Assembly: GCF_009914755.1 (NCBI RefSeq)
Contig: NC_060947.1
Direction: 5' to 3' (one strand)
Origin: the human T2T-CHM13v2.0 reference genome, Homo sapiens
Length of the DNA: 64,000 bases
Part shown: positions 62,511 through 64,000 of the stretch, piece by piece
How the letters are laid out: each line of letters opens with the position of its first letter
Numbering within the stretch: position 1 is the stretch's first letter
Translations under genes and position numbers: made by a program
The notes under the pieces: generated by a model
Told to the model about the DNA's origin: nothing
The model's database searches: none
The model's input: only the letters and a program-made list of their open reading frames with translations

Positions 62511-63106
62511 TAAGTTCATTTATAAATTTTTAAAAGAAGCTAAAATTTGGGGGTTTTCTGACCTTGAGTTCTCTAGATGTTAATGCTTCAAGAAGATAAT
62601 TTGTGAGGCTAGATGAGAAGGAGGCAAAGCCCTTAAGTTATGTTCAGTTCTCCGAACAATATTAATCTACATAGGAGGAGAGCTAAAAATTGCTAATGAT
62701 TTAAAGCACTTACTTTAAGTAGATTACATGATGTTTCACTTAAAATTATTTCCATAACTCTTTAGGTATAATCCAAAAAAGCTAGAATGATGTAAAAATG
62801 AATAGTGTCAAGAAGTAGGTGGTAGGGCAAAAAGGAAATATTCAATAAACAGTACATTTCTTATCCACAAACAATAACCTGCCAGAAAAGAATGAAAGCA
62901 AAATATAAATATACAAAGACATACACATATATATTCTACATTTATCTGCTAGGCATAAATGTGATTCTTTCCAGACATCTATGAAGAAAAGAGTAAATCT
63001 TTCCAGAACAACTGCAGGGCTGCATCATATAACCTCTCAGGAACCTATAGCAGGAGATAAGCTAGATCTGTTTTGGGAGCCTTCTTTCCTAATTGTTCAG
63101 ATTAGC

Positions 63107-63198
63107 TCCCATTGCCCCACTGGTCATCCTTAGGTTTTGAAGATGACTGAGTTTGACAGGCTCGTCATGGTTCTAATGGGAGTAGCACTGTCTAAGTG
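63107..63198 (-). pseudogene. B-type exon remnant, positional counterpart of the tandem array
   Basis: 'ttcatttgcag|CAC'. VLLPLEP*RACQTQSSSKPKDDQWGNG versus EPSGPKVSSRPLDSKGSQWTTG at the end of the array. Confidence 0.6.
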
Positions 63199-63624
63199 CT
63201 GCAAATGAATTTCTTTCTGATGATATTTAATTAAGCCTCATGTACACCTAATCTTTGTTAGAGTTGACAGAATTCAGAAAAATAGTCTAATAAGCAGGAA
63301 GCCATTTATTCTTGCATGTCCCAGGATATCCCAAGATAGTAACACCAAGTGATAATTCACTTGCTCCCACATGTGCAATGAAAAGGAGTCATAAACTTAC
63401 TCAAAGTGGTAGTAGTAGCACTTATATTAGTCATAATACTAAAGAATGAAAAGAAAAATAATAGTGCAAGATTGAGGAGGAGAAGAAGAGAAATTAGAGA
63501 AAATACAGGAGGACGGGTAAGGGGAAGTAAAGAAAGATGAAAAGCAGGAAGAGGAAGAATAAAATGAAAAAAGTAATAGGAAAGAACAGGAAGGAGAAGC
63601 TGCATTTCTTTGTTCCTTACTTAC

Positions 63625-63713
63625 ACAGTCGGCAATGTACTTGAGGCTTTTATCTATATGTTCTCATCTGGCCCTCATGGCAAACCCCTGCCACTGAACC
63701 TTTTGCTAACTTA
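63625..63713 (-). pseudogene. A-type exon remnant
   Basis: 'atctgtcag|TAAGTT...ACTGT|gtaagt'. *VSKRFSGRGLP. Confidence 0.65.
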
Positions 63714-63862
63714 CTGACAGATTTGTTTTGAGGGGAAACACAGGAGATTCTTTCAGAGTCTGAAAAGCAACAACTAAATACATCATATTACCACAACATA
63801 ATGAGACATACCTAAGAAAAATTACTTAGGACACATTAATTGACCCTTTACAATCTACGCAG

Positions 63863-63961
63863 TGATCTACCAGATGTAAGATTTTCAGTAATTCTAGTAA
63901 TTATAATTCACCATAGCTATTCAATTATATTTCTTTAAACTAAATGGCCCCAGTAGTTTTG
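63863..63961 (-). pseudogene. C-type exon remnant with donor lost
   Basis: GAI*FKEI*LNSYGEL*LLE versus GTIWLKEIQLNTDGELQLID. Confidence 0.65.
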
Positions 63962-64000
63962 CTATTTCAGATACATAGTAGAACAATCCAGGAACTGGCA

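Overview
Human genomic DNA: AT-rich and repeat-dense, with human-specific L1HS pre-Ta and AluYa5 diagnostics. No intact protein-coding gene is visible. Roughly 60% of the window is recognisable transposable elements (L1, Alu, MaLR/THE1, MLT, MER4, Tigger). These include a four-level nest: L1MA > THE1 provirus > HERV-IP10(FH)-type provirus with LTR10 LTRs > AluY and a pre-Ta L1HS. The sequence between repeats is not random. On the minus strand it holds about 25 splice-site-bounded remnants that fall into a few mutually homologous exon families (labelled A, B, C here). They span 3.8-64 kb and most carry stops or frameshifts. They sit in an ancient (~65-70% identical by eye) tandem duplication of ~31.6-44.8 kb versus ~49.4-64 kb. 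In the lower copy a B-type exon has expanded into a 6.8-kb degenerate tandem array of ~12 units of ~0.5 kb, with a 3-unit higher-order period. Best reading: a large decayed gene for a repeat-built protein that I cannot name, possibly surviving as a spliced non-coding transcript. All alignments were made by eye and subfamily names come from memory of consensus sequences.
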